Source: an uncultured bacterium (GTDB taxonomy: Bacteria; Patescibacteriota; Minisyncoccia; UBA6257; 2-01-FULL-56-20). Taken from it: DNA of 64,000 nt. Position numbers and translations under genes: made by a program. A model generated the notes under the pieces. The model was not told the DNA's origin, searched no databases, and worked only from the letters and a program-made list of their open reading frames with translations. The DNA is taken from NCBI GenBank assembly GCA_963718575.1, contig OY970358.1, forward strand, positions 29,718-93,717. The letters run 5' to 3'. Positions within the stretch are counted from its first letter, which is position 1; every line of letters begins with the position of its first letter. Positions 48,183-59,335 of the stretch are shown piece after piece.

Positions 48183-48539
48183 TTATAATTTTATTTTACT
48201 ATAGATAAGCCCTCCAACCTTTGCGATGACCATGACGGTGAGCGCGATGACGAGCCACGGATCAGGGGCGTGTCCCAGCTCCCCTGCGACGATGCCAATG
48301 AGTAGAAGCGCTGAACCCGCGAGGTACGCGATCCGGTCGGCGAACAATCGATGGAACTGCTCCCGCTCATCGCCTTGATTCTCCCGCCATAAGAATATCG
48401 CAAACGCAATATAAAGGATCACCGCCCCGGTAAGCAGTCCCATCACAAGGTATCCCGGCATGAATAGGTTCCACGGATTGAAAATGATATACAGCAATAC
48501 GAGCAATCCGCATCCCACTGCCAATTCGCTTTTTGCCAT
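48183..48539 (-). CDS. hypothetical membrane protein (paired with XRE regulator)
   Basis: Four TM segments. Starts 6 nt after the HTH gene. Confidence 0.4.
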   Translation of the reverse strand: MAKSELAVGCGLLVLLYIIFNPWNLFMPGYLVMGLLTGAVILYIAFAIFLWRENQGDEREQFHRLFADRIAYLAGSALLLIGIVAGELGHAPDPWLVIALTVMVIAKVGGLIYSKIKL

Positions 48540-48544
48540 GATGG

Positions 48545-48748
48545 TTATGATAGATGAAATAATTCCTCGACCGGGCGCTTAAAGAACCTTGCAAGCCTTA
48601 GCGCAAGTAACACTGATGGCACATAGTTCCCTTTTTCTATGGCGATGATCGTCTGGCGGCTCACGCCAATTTTCTCCGAAAGTTTTTCCTGGGTGATATC
48701 CGACGCCATCCGTATCTTGTATATTTCATTTTCTACCGCCGTCTTCAT
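48545..48748 (-). CDS. XRE-family helix-turn-helix transcriptional regulator
   Basis: QEKLSEKIGVSRQTIIAIEKG, a Cro/C1-type HTH. Confidence 0.7.
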   Translation of the reverse strand: MKTAVENEIYKIRMASDITQEKLSEKIGVSRQTIIAIEKGNYVPSVLLALRLARFFKRPVEELFHLS

Positions 48749-48814
48749 GCTCTTAATTATAGTCGCCGAAGTGGTGATGTCAAGTAAACTTTACATACCG
48801 GAAGCACAACCGGC

Positions 48815-50398
48815 TTACGCCATCACCGGGATGCTCACGGTAAACGTGCTTCCTTTTCCCTCCCCTGGCGATATGGCGGTAAGCGTGCCGCCGTGCGCCT
48901 CGGCGATCTTGCGGGCAATGTACAAACCAAGGCCTGTGCCGCGGATCTCTTTTTTTACGCGCTCGTCGCGGATGAATTCTTCGAACAGGAACGGGAGGAG
49001 CGATGCGGGAATGCCGAGGCCTGAGTCGTTCACGACGACCAGCACCCGCGCGCCATCGGTCTTCAACGAGATCTTGACAAACCCGCTTGGCGTATATTTG
49101 ATGGCGTTATCGATGAGATTTTGAATGACCTGCTTGAACTTCACGCGGTCGATGTTCACAAACACCGATGCGGTGCCGATGTCCGACGCGAGTGCGAGGT
49201 TCTTTGCCTGCGCGAGCGGCATGAGCGCCGCGACGGTTTCATTCACGAGCGGGACAATATCCGTCTTTTCGAAACTATATTCCATTCTCCCTTCCTCCAC
49301 CTTACGCACGTCGAGCAGCACGTTGATGAGATCGATCAGCTCGTCCGCTGAATCTTTTACCTTGCCAAGCGTCTCCTTCACCTTATCGCTCACCTCGCCG
49401 TACGAACCATCCATGATCAGCGTGATAAACCCCTTCATCGCCGCAAGCGGCGAGCGCATCTGATGCGACGCGAGCGACAACAATTCGCTCTTGAAGCGGC
49501 CGAGATCGGCGAGCTGTTCGCGTTGCTCAACCTCGCGCTGGACGCTTTGTATAAGGAACAGGCTAAAAATCAAAACAAGTATAAATTCGCCGACCCTGAA
49601 CAATATCTGTTCCAGGTTTTGTGAAAAAATAATCTCGGAAAATGTGGTTATGGTAAGCAGGAATGCGAAGATCTCCGCCGAAATGACCTTTACGCTCAAA
49701 AGGTGGTATTTCATAATCGCATAAGTGGTGAACGCGATGAATGGGAAGAAGAAGACGGCGGCAAGCGGAATAAGCGTCACGTTTTGGAATACGATCGGCA
49801 ATACGAGGTTGAACGTTATCAAAAGGAGGAATGTGACTGCTGCGCCGACAAGAATAAAAATGAATTGTATACGCTCCAGGTCCCGCGCCCGTAGCAGTTT
49901 TTTGACCAACAAGAATAGGCCAGCGATCACAAGGCCGAATGCGGCGATCGCAAAAACAGCAATGCCGGGTCCGAGTATGGCCTGCGATACCATTCCAACC
50001 TGCCTTTGCGTCTGAAGGCCGGCAAATACCAAGGAGGTAAGCGTCAAGAGTGAAACCGCCCCAACGAGCGGGATGACGGCCCATACGTAAAATTTCGGAT
50101 AGGTCGTCGATTCCTTGGGAAATACATAAGAGAAGTGGAAGAAAGAAAACGCGTGCCAGACGGCAAAAAATATCGTTATCCGTAATGCCCAAAGAATAAA
50201 ATCAGGCGTGCTGAGCTGATAGCTGATATAATTTGCCGTACTATAGAGCACGGTAATGATGGCGAGCAATAAAAACGCCCGGGAGGTGGCACTTTTCTTG
50301 TTGTTTAAAAAAACCACGACGCCAAGGATGCAAATGGCCGCAATGGTCACTCCGACCGCGAGAAGATAGATGTTCAGGATCAATGCGGGGAATTCCAT
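48815..50398 (-). CDS. sensor histidine kinase with multi-TM N-terminal sensor domain
   Basis: Seven or so TM helices, an H-box LSLASHQMRSPL, and N/G boxes (NLIDNAIKYT, DSGLGI, GTGLGL). Confidence 0.8.
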   Translation of the reverse strand: MEFPALILNIYLLAVGVTIAAICILGVVVFLNNKKSATSRAFLLLAIITVLYSTANYISYQLSTPDFILWALRITIFFAVWHAFSFFHFSYVFPKESTTYPKFYVWAVIPLVGAVSLLTLTSLVFAGLQTQRQVGMVSQAILGPGIAVFAIAAFGLVIAGLFLLVKKLLRARDLERIQFIFILVGAAVTFLLLITFNLVLPIVFQNVTLIPLAAVFFFPFIAFTTYAIMKYHLLSVKVISAEIFAFLLTITTFSEIIFSQNLEQILFRVGEFILVLIFSLFLIQSVQREVEQREQLADLGRFKSELLSLASHQMRSPLAAMKGFITLIMDGSYGEVSDKVKETLGKVKDSADELIDLINVLLDVRKVEEGRMEYSFEKTDIVPLVNETVAALMPLAQAKNLALASDIGTASVFVNIDRVKFKQVIQNLIDNAIKYTPSGFVKISLKTDGARVLVVVNDSGLGIPASLLPFLFEEFIRDERVKKEIRGTGLGLYIARKIAEAHGGTLTAISPGEGKGSTFTVSIPVMA

Positions 50399-51466
50399 TT
50401 ATTTAAAGATCACCTCCGGGGATTTTTTTAACGACGTCGCAGTGGGCGCCTCGGCATACCCGATGCGAAACATCATCGTGATCGTCCCCTGTTCAACGGC
50501 AAAGGCAGATCGTATCCCTTCGTACGCTTTCTCTACGGCCTCTTTTTGGGATAGAGAGAATTCCTGGGCCTCATCGACATGCACGCGTTGATGAAAGAAA
50601 AGTACCCCGGTAAGGGGCTGCATGCTCATGCCGTTGCTGGTCGCAAGAAGCCAAAGTTTTTGGAGCGTACGGCCCGCGTCGATAAAATCTTCGAGTGTTT
50701 CATTGGAAACGGTAATTATCCCTATCGCAGAAGCGGATGCATAAATTTTACTGTTCTCCTTTGCTCCCATTTTCCCCGCACCAAGTGCGTTAAAAATGCG
50801 CATGATCGGCCAGTATTGAAAGAGGCGGAAAAGTGCCTTTGCCGGCGGAAGTAATTCGAGCACTTCAATATAGAATCCGGAGCGTTGTTTTAACTCTTCC
50901 TCAAGGGTCCAATGAACATGGGAAAAGAAAAAATCATGGAGCGATCGGTTCTCAAGCAGGAGCGTGTCGTTCACGCTGGCGATCGTTGCAAGTTGTTTAA
51001 TAGCCGAAGATTCCTTGAGGAATCTCACCTGGATCGCATCCATATTTTTTGCGGCACCCACGAGCGCATCAATGACGGGAGTGGGAATGGTGCCGCCGTT
51101 ATACATCTTTCTATTCGTACAGCGTTTTTCAATGTAGGGATACAACGATGCATCCTCTTTTACGCCGGAGGGTGCGAGTGAGATCGTCGCGATAAGGTCG
51201 GGCGCGTGGATTTTTGACCCGATCGCTACGGATGCCGCCAAATCGAAATGCGCGGCGGCAATGACGATATTCTCAATTACCGCACCATGGGATATATATG
51301 ATGCGCGTTGTCGAAAGTTATAAAGCGATCGGTCATTTTCTGGCACATTGAACACCGAGATGCGATCTCTTTCTACTTCAAATCGCCATGGCTGTGCATT
51401 CTCGCCGGAAGGCGCCTGCACGGCAGAGGCCAGGATTGAGCGTATTGTTTCGGAGGGGATCATCAC
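50399..51466 (-). CDS. nitroreductase-fold protein with tandem halves (Acg/SagB-like)
   Basis: N-terminal half has SILASAVQAPSGENAQPWRFEV (nitroreductase APSxxNxQPW signature). The C-terminal half repeats the fold without the motif. Confidence 0.6.
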   Translation of the reverse strand: MMIPSETIRSILASAVQAPSGENAQPWRFEVERDRISVFNVPENDRSLYNFRQRASYISHGAVIENIVIAAAHFDLAASVAIGSKIHAPDLIATISLAPSGVKEDASLYPYIEKRCTNRKMYNGGTIPTPVIDALVGAAKNMDAIQVRFLKESSAIKQLATIASVNDTLLLENRSLHDFFFSHVHWTLEEELKQRSGFYIEVLELLPPAKALFRLFQYWPIMRIFNALGAGKMGAKENSKIYASASAIGIITVSNETLEDFIDAGRTLQKLWLLATSNGMSMQPLTGVLFFHQRVHVDEAQEFSLSQKEAVEKAYEGIRSAFAVEQGTITMMFRIGYAEAPTATSLKKSPEVIFK

Positions 51467-51481
51467 TATTCAGTATATCAT

Positions 51482-52675
51482 TCACAGCCCGAATATCTTG
51501 CGAAACCCCCGCTCGGTCTTTGCCCTGCCCGCCCGGGCGCTACGGGAGTTATAGCCCGGCATCAACTGTTCGTCGAGCGATACGATCGCCCGGTCGGCGA
51601 TCACCGGCTGATCGTTCAATATCTTTCGCACGCAATACGCGACCGCGGCGCCGCTCATCATCGCCGCGCCACCAAGTTGCGGCCACGATACGATCGTCTT
51701 CCCCAATTCAAGCAATGACTGCCGCATACGCTCAGTCACGTTCTCAGGGCCGACATGCTTGGTGATCATCTTCCCAATCTCGAACTTTTTCAGATTCGCA
51801 AGGCTTTCGAATGATACCCTCCCCAATCTTCCATGGAAGAATTTTGTATTTGGATTTTTGTCGTACCGTTCAACGTCAACGACCGCGCTGTCGCCGTTAT
51901 CTGCGGCCATCACGACGGCAATCCGACGCTTCCGCGCATTCTCTCGAATGAGATATTTCATACCAAGATGATCAACCTCGTCGATGACGATATCCAGCTT
52001 TGGGCCGCCATCAAAAAAGCGCTTTATAGTATCTGGCGTAAGTCCTTCCGTAAAGATATCAACCGTGGCATAGGGATTCATCTCATAAATCTGCCGAGCG
52101 GCCATTTCCACTTTGAGCAACCCGAGGTTTTGTACGCCCGCGCGGATGCGATTGGTATTCGAGAGTGCCAGGCGGTCATGGTCCGCGAGCCGAATGTACT
52201 TTCCCCCTCCTTGCAGAACGATCGCAAGTGCCACATTCGATCCCACGCTCAAACCGGCGATGCCGATCACGGCGTTATAAAATTTTTTCTGCTCTTCCTC
52301 ATTGATAAGATAACGGTTGCGCGCAGTGCGAACGGTTTGAAATTCTGTCTCGGTGAGAATGTGCGAGATACTCGAAATCCACGGGAAATATACCCAAACC
52401 CCGTGACGCGCGATGGGCATTTTTGCCGTTATCGTCCCCAGATGCTTTTTGAACGCCGGTTCAAAGTTTGGACTTTGGACCATCGTGGGGTGCTTGATCG
52501 CGAATAATTCGCGCAACTCTTCGATATAATCATCACTCACCGAAGCGATGCGGTGTGAGTTTAAAAGACGCGATAGCGAAGACCGATCCTTTGCGTGGGT
52601 AAGGTCAAAGAAGATGGGGGTTTGGGACTGATTGAATTTCTTTGTACTCCATTTTTTCTCCAATGTTTTTTTCAT
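51482..52675 (-). CDS. ThiF/MoeB-type E1-like adenylyltransferase with ~110-aa N-terminal extension
   Basis: VIGIAGLSVGSNVALAIVLQGGGKYIRLADHDRLALSNTNR, a Rossmann nucleotide-binding loop (GxGxxG-like) with a downstream Asp. No CxxC pair is evident. Confidence 0.65.
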   Translation of the reverse strand: MKKTLEKKWSTKKFNQSQTPIFFDLTHAKDRSSLSRLLNSHRIASVSDDYIEELRELFAIKHPTMVQSPNFEPAFKKHLGTITAKMPIARHGVWVYFPWISSISHILTETEFQTVRTARNRYLINEEEQKKFYNAVIGIAGLSVGSNVALAIVLQGGGKYIRLADHDRLALSNTNRIRAGVQNLGLLKVEMAARQIYEMNPYATVDIFTEGLTPDTIKRFFDGGPKLDIVIDEVDHLGMKYLIRENARKRRIAVVMAADNGDSAVVDVERYDKNPNTKFFHGRLGRVSFESLANLKKFEIGKMITKHVGPENVTERMRQSLLELGKTIVSWPQLGGAAMMSGAAVAYCVRKILNDQPVIADRAIVSLDEQLMPGYNSRSARAGRAKTERGFRKIFGL

Positions 52676-52682
52676 GGAATAA

Positions 52683-54182
52683 TTATTTTTTATTTTCTAT
52701 ATAATGCGGTTTCAACCCTTGTTTGAAATAGTTTGCATCCTGATATGGCCATAACTTGATCACGGGGCGTACATCTTTTTTTATATGGCTGCTCATATCA
52801 AGATACTCCAAATTAATTTTACCAAGTTTCTCAATGATCCGGGTCTGGATATTGCGCGCCATTGGCGCGCTCGACCGTGCCCCCTGAGAGAGCTCTATAT
52901 TAATCTCCCAGCGCTGATCCATGCCACGGTCCAGAAATTTACGGATCACAAATTTTCCCGTCAAGAGACGCATCAATGGCTTTTCCATCAAGGCCATTTC
53001 GATATGTTCGGGATAGATATTTACTCCATGGAATTTTATGGTCTGATCGGTGCGCCCCCATAATGCAACGAATGGAAGCGGATGGGCGCGCTTTATGGGG
53101 CTTACCGGTGTGAAGCGGAATGTCTGCAAGGTCTGTCGCACCTCTTCAAATGAGCGTACCTCACCACGATCATGTAAGTTGAATTTTATAAGCGGTATCC
53201 CGCTTGCGGAGGAAAATATCAATTCGCGATCAATGGATTCAATGTATCGAAAGAAAGGGTTAAATTGAAACAACTGCGGAGGCATGACGTCACCGGTCAA
53301 TGCTGATAAAAAGGTCTGGTTTTTCTCCGCGCGTTTTTTTATTTCAATACTAAACCGGGTCTCATATCCCATGAGCAGCATCTCGGACGATCCGTAGGTA
53401 TTGAATATGCGCATCGCACCGGGCCTTATCCCCGCTCGCTCGGCGATATAGCTGCGCCATTCTTCGGTGAACCCTTCGCTGCAGAACATGAGGCCGAGGT
53501 TTTTCTTTGACCATGCCACGCCTTCGCGCACGCCCGTCTCGATCACATCTTTTATGAAGAACGGATGGCCGATGAGAACCGTCTGTTCATATTCTCCGGA
53601 AAGATTTTCGGCGGCGCGGAGCATCTCCTTTTTATTATTTCCGACACACATAATCGTCATCTTCTTGTTCTTGAACGAGGTAAGCCAGCTCGGCAGGACG
53701 GTCGCCATCCCTGATATATAGATTCCCATCGGGAAACCGATCAAAAACAGCGTAGAATGCGCATCCGCGCCAAAATACTCTTTGTAAAGGAATCTATGCA
53801 CGACTGCGGCCTCGAGATCCTGCTCGATGGAGCGAGGCCAGTACTTCGGCTCCCCGGTGGTGCCGGAACTCGTTGCGATGAGCTGTGCTCCGGAGAGGTT
53901 TCCGTCCCAGCAGCGGTCCTGGATCGGATACCGCGCGATATAATTCTTTGCATCCGTCGTCGGCACCGACGCGAAATCTTTGATCGTTTTTACGCGCGTA
54001 TGGTTGATCTTCGCCGTTTTTAAAAATGCGCGGTATGCCGGCACGCGCTCGGCAGCCGCATGAAAGAGTCCAAGGGCCTTCTTTTCCGAACGCTCCCGCA
54101 AGCGCGCTTCATTTTTTTCAACAAGCGATCGTTCGAGCATCCCGCTCGCCACATTGTTTTTAATGACGGTCGGCCTATCCAT
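52683..54182 (-). CDS. adenylate-forming enzyme of the PaaK / coenzyme F390 synthetase / LuxE-like family
   Basis: ATSSGTTGEPKYWP, a P-loop-like AMP-binding motif typical of phenylacetate-CoA ligase-type enzymes. 499 aa. Confidence 0.6.
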   Translation of the reverse strand: MDRPTVIKNNVASGMLERSLVEKNEARLRERSEKKALGLFHAAAERVPAYRAFLKTAKINHTRVKTIKDFASVPTTDAKNYIARYPIQDRCWDGNLSGAQLIATSSGTTGEPKYWPRSIEQDLEAAVVHRFLYKEYFGADAHSTLFLIGFPMGIYISGMATVLPSWLTSFKNKKMTIMCVGNNKKEMLRAAENLSGEYEQTVLIGHPFFIKDVIETGVREGVAWSKKNLGLMFCSEGFTEEWRSYIAERAGIRPGAMRIFNTYGSSEMLLMGYETRFSIEIKKRAEKNQTFLSALTGDVMPPQLFQFNPFFRYIESIDRELIFSSASGIPLIKFNLHDRGEVRSFEEVRQTLQTFRFTPVSPIKRAHPLPFVALWGRTDQTIKFHGVNIYPEHIEMALMEKPLMRLLTGKFVIRKFLDRGMDQRWEINIELSQGARSSAPMARNIQTRIIEKLGKINLEYLDMSSHIKKDVRPVIKLWPYQDANYFKQGLKPHYIENKK

Positions 54183-55794
54183 GCCATTGCATTTCCAAGA
54201 TATCGGAATGCTTTGCGTAGTGAACGATCCTCTCCAGTTCCTTTGAAGCCACGCGATCGTTCACGATCGGCGGAAATACTTTTTGCACTTCGCGTATCAT
54301 TTTTCGTGACGGCGCGGAAAAACGCGTATGATATCCTAAAAACTTTGCGAGTTGGCCGAGGGTCACAAGCTCGATCGAAAGCACGATATAGGCGTTTTCG
54401 ATCACTTCTGCCGCGACGATCGCCGCATCGGTGCCCATGCTCACAATATCCTGATTATCGGCGTTTGTCGGGATCGAATGCACGTGCTGAGGGAACGCAA
54501 GTGTCTGGCTGCGCGCCGTAGTGGAGGTCGCGACAAACTGCAATCCCTGCAATCCCATCGTGAGGCCGGGGGTTTTCAGATTAAGGAATGGCGGAAATGA
54601 ACGATTGACGGCCGCATTCAGGAAAAAGTTCACGCGGCGCTCTGAAAGCATCGTTAGCTTTACGATCCCCGCCTTAAGTTGATCGATCCCCGCTGCCATA
54701 TAATCACCGTGAAAATTTCCTCCATGAAGAAACACACCCGCCTTTGCGTCAACGACGGGGTTGTCGGTCACTGAATTGATCTCGATGTTCACTTCGCGAG
54801 TCACTTTCCGGAGGATGTCAAAGATCGGACCGATCACCTGAGGGGTGCAACGGAACGAATACACCTCCTGGACGCTTTCCGGAATGGTATGGGTCTCGCC
54901 GGTAACCGAAAACGAATCCTGAAATTTTTTTCGGTCGCGCAATAATTTTGAATTGGTCGTAAGCGAGCGCAACATTTTTGCCACCGCCTGCTGGCCATAG
55001 TGGGGGCGGAGCTCCTGAAGCCGCGCAGAAAACCCATCGGTAAAGGAATGGACCGATTCAAGTGCGCACGCGCTATTTCTGATTTCAATGCTGATCAAAC
55101 GTTCTGACTCTATGCAAAGCAGTGCGGCGATGGCCGCCATCATCGAAGTCCCGTTTATAAGAGAGAGCCCTTCTTTTGGTTTTAATGTATACGGACCGAT
55201 CGCAAGCCTTTTTAAAACAGCGCTCGTCGCCTGCCGTTTTCCTTTATAAAACACTTCGCCCTCTCCGATGACCGCGAGCGCGATATGGGCGAGTTGCACA
55301 AGATCCCCGCTCGTTCCCACGGCGCCGTGATCCGGCACGACCGGAATGATCCGTTCATTGATGAAACGCTCAAGACGCTTGAGCGGGTCGATCGAAATAC
55401 CCGAGTATCCTTTGAGTAATGTATTCAAACGCACCGTCATTGCGGCAATGACATATTCCTGAGGTAAGGGATTTCCCATTCCCATCGCGTGCCCCCGGAT
55501 CAGATTTGTCTGAAGCGCGATGACCTCGTTCCGGCCGATGATATGCGAGGCCATTGGCCCGAATCCGGTGTTGACTCCATAAATGATTTTTTTTCGCGCC
55601 GCCGATGCTAAAAATTTTTCCGTCCGTTGCACGCGTGCGATCGCCTTCGGATCGATCCTTACCTTTACCGCCGGATCATGGGCAATTGCATAGATCTCTT
55701 CTATGGATAAGCCGTTCCCGTTTAAAAGGACTGTTTTCATATTGGCATCGTTAAAGAATTGCCCGCACCCGTTTATCCAGCTCTTCCACGTCAT
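54175..55794 (-). CDS. MIO-dependent aromatic amino acid ammonia-lyase/aminomutase family protein (HutH/PAL/TAL/TAM-like)
   Basis: GAVGTSGDLVQLAHIAL, where the MIO-forming triad appears as Thr-Ser-Gly instead of the usual Ala-Ser-Gly. The full-length lyase-1 fold follows (NGTSMMAA...QDSFS...GNFHG). Confidence 0.8.
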   Translation of the reverse strand: MTWKSWINGCGQFFNDANMKTVLLNGNGLSIEEIYAIAHDPAVKVRIDPKAIARVQRTEKFLASAARKKIIYGVNTGFGPMASHIIGRNEVIALQTNLIRGHAMGMGNPLPQEYVIAAMTVRLNTLLKGYSGISIDPLKRLERFINERIIPVVPDHGAVGTSGDLVQLAHIALAVIGEGEVFYKGKRQATSAVLKRLAIGPYTLKPKEGLSLINGTSMMAAIAALLCIESERLISIEIRNSACALESVHSFTDGFSARLQELRPHYGQQAVAKMLRSLTTNSKLLRDRKKFQDSFSVTGETHTIPESVQEVYSFRCTPQVIGPIFDILRKVTREVNIEINSVTDNPVVDAKAGVFLHGGNFHGDYMAAGIDQLKAGIVKLTMLSERRVNFFLNAAVNRSFPPFLNLKTPGLTMGLQGLQFVATSTTARSQTLAFPQHVHSIPTNADNQDIVSMGTDAAIVAAEVIENAYIVLSIELVTLGQLAKFLGYHTRFSAPSRKMIREVQKVFPPIVNDRVASKELERIVHYAKHSDILEMQWHG

Positions 55795-56143
55795 CCACTT
55801 TGCTGAAAATCGGTATCCCCTTCAGCTCGCTCATTACTTTTGCCCTTTCGCTGCGAGCAAGGTCCACCATCGGATCCCGGAGGCTGGTGAAGAACGCCAG
55901 TTTGATATCCTTCGTGTTCGGATTGCTCCGTACCGCAAGGGCGAATTCCCAACCGCTCGGGCCGGGCGGCATATAGATGTCGCTCAGGATGATATCCGGC
56001 TGAAGCTCCTCGGCGCGAGCGAGCGCATCGGGAACGTTGCGGGCAATCACCACCCCGAACCCCTGCGTTTGGAGCTTTATCGAGGCAATTTCCAAAAAAA
56101 TTTCTTCGTCGTCCAAAAGGAGGACGAGCGGGCGGTCTCTCAT
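55751..56143 (-). CDS. single-domain response regulator (CheY-like receiver)
   Basis: VLLLDDEEIFLEIASIKLQ...IILSDIYMPPGPSGWEF...FFTSL. Its stop overlaps the start of the MIO-enzyme gene by 44 nt. Confidence 0.7.
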   Translation of the reverse strand: MRDRPLVLLLDDEEIFLEIASIKLQTQGFGVVIARNVPDALARAEELQPDIILSDIYMPPGPSGWEFALAVRSNPNTKDIKLAFFTSLRDPMVDLARSERAKVMSELKGIPIFSKVDDVEELDKRVRAIL

Positions 56144-56179
56144 GTAAGTAATTATACACTATTTAGGTATACTGAGACT

Positions 56180-56662
56180 ATGAAGTTGTTGCCCGAAAAG
56201 GATTATCACGAATTGTTCAGGATCGGCATTCTGGTCAAGGCGGTTGACGGGATCATTGAGGCCGTCGCCGGCGGCTTCATTTACTTTGCAAACTATACCG
56301 CTATCAACGCGGTGCTATTCTCGGTGTTTCACGAAGAGATCGCCGAGAGTCCGCATGATCTTGTGTGGGGATATCTCATTGATGAGTGGCATCGATTCCT
56401 GCTTTCAAGCCATGCTTTTTGGGGATTGCTTTTTATCGCCCATGGCGCAATAAAATTCTTCCTCTCTATCATGCTTCTTAAGGACCATCGCTGGGCATAC
56501 CCGACGACAGCAGTCGTGTTCGCGCTGTTTGCCGGATACGAACTGTATTCTGCAACCGGACACTCATCGCTATTTCTATGGCTGATAGGCATCTTTGACG
56601 CCATCGTCGTCATCCTGATCATTCATGAATATCGCCACCTAAAAAAAAGGCTATCGGAGTAG
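56180..56662 (+). CDS. DUF2127-like membrane protein
   Basis: 160 aa with four TM helices. The long upstream extension of the 6-frame ORF has no stop but also no coding signal; start taken at MKLLPEK. Confidence 0.45.
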   Translation: MKLLPEKDYHELFRIGILVKAVDGIIEAVAGGFIYFANYTAINAVLFSVFHEEIAESPHDLVWGYLIDEWHRFLLSSHAFWGLLFIAHGAIKFFLSIMLLKDHRWAYPTTAVVFALFAGYELYSATGHSSLFLWLIGIFDAIVVILIIHEYRHLKKRLSE

Positions 56663-56673
56663 CCGTTTTAATG

Positions 56674-58489
<1,816 letters not shown>

Positions 58490-58656
58490 GGGATTATCAA
58501 AACTGTATTAACAAACAGAAGCCGTGCCCCGCGGCACGGTGTTCGGCCTGAATACGAGAATTATAATAAAAATAGGGAGAAATAGCAATACTGTACTCAA
58601 TAAAAGAAAAGGCCCCCTAATATTACTCGGGGCCTCTGGTTTGAATCATGAAGTTT

Positions 58657-59268
58657 TTATTGTTCGACGATGATTGGCGGCTTTTGCGAAGTGGCGATGA
58701 CCGAAGTGGGGTCTTTTCTGATAATCCTCATATCTATCGTTTTTGATAGTTGTCGGATATTCCGCCGTGCCTCACTGGCCCAAACATCATCACCACCATT
58801 CCGGCAACGGAGATATAGGCGAAAATGTTGCAGTGCTTTTCGCCCTTCACCTATTCCTCGGTATACGAGAGCCAGGTTGTAATGCGCATCTTGAAACTGC
58901 GGATCAATCGCTATCGCCCCATAATAATACTCGACAGCTTCCTTAAGCCGTCCCTGCTCATTCAGGACATTCGCAAGATTGGAACACGCCAGTAGATATT
59001 TTGGATCGATCTCCAGCGCTTTGCGATAACATTCTTCGGCCCTGATAAATTCCCGACAATGGAAATGGATGGTTCCGACGTTGACCCAAGCCATAGCGAG
59101 AGAACCATCGTAGCTTAACGCTCGATGGTAGAGCTCAAGAGCATCGTTTGATTTTTGTTCCTCTTCGGCTTCGCATGCCTGTTGGAAAAATCGTTGAGCG
59201 GTGAGTTTGTCCGTAACGGTGGGAGCAAACTCGTAGAGCTTATTCGTGATACGCTTAATCCGTGACAC
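58657..59268 (-). CDS. tetratricopeptide repeat protein
   Basis: Three or four TPR units (ALELYHRALSYD..., AEECYRKALEIDP..., AVEYYYGAIAIDP...). Confidence 0.6.
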   Translation of the reverse strand: MSRIKRITNKLYEFAPTVTDKLTAQRFFQQACEAEEEQKSNDALELYHRALSYDGSLAMAWVNVGTIHFHCREFIRAEECYRKALEIDPKYLLACSNLANVLNEQGRLKEAVEYYYGAIAIDPQFQDAHYNLALVYRGIGEGRKALQHFRLYLRCRNGGDDVWASEARRNIRQLSKTIDMRIIRKDPTSVIATSQKPPIIVEQ

Positions 59269-59335
59269 AATACCTCCTTTCCCTTGTGGCTGCCTTCATA
59301 GTACTACAACTACCTGATTATGCTACTATAAAGCT

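Noticed and set aside
55703-56179. Long N-terminal extension of the DUF2127 ORF (plus strand) overlapping the response-regulator gene
   Set aside because: The extension is antisense to a well-formed receiver-domain gene. The true start is the MKLLPEK Met at 56180.
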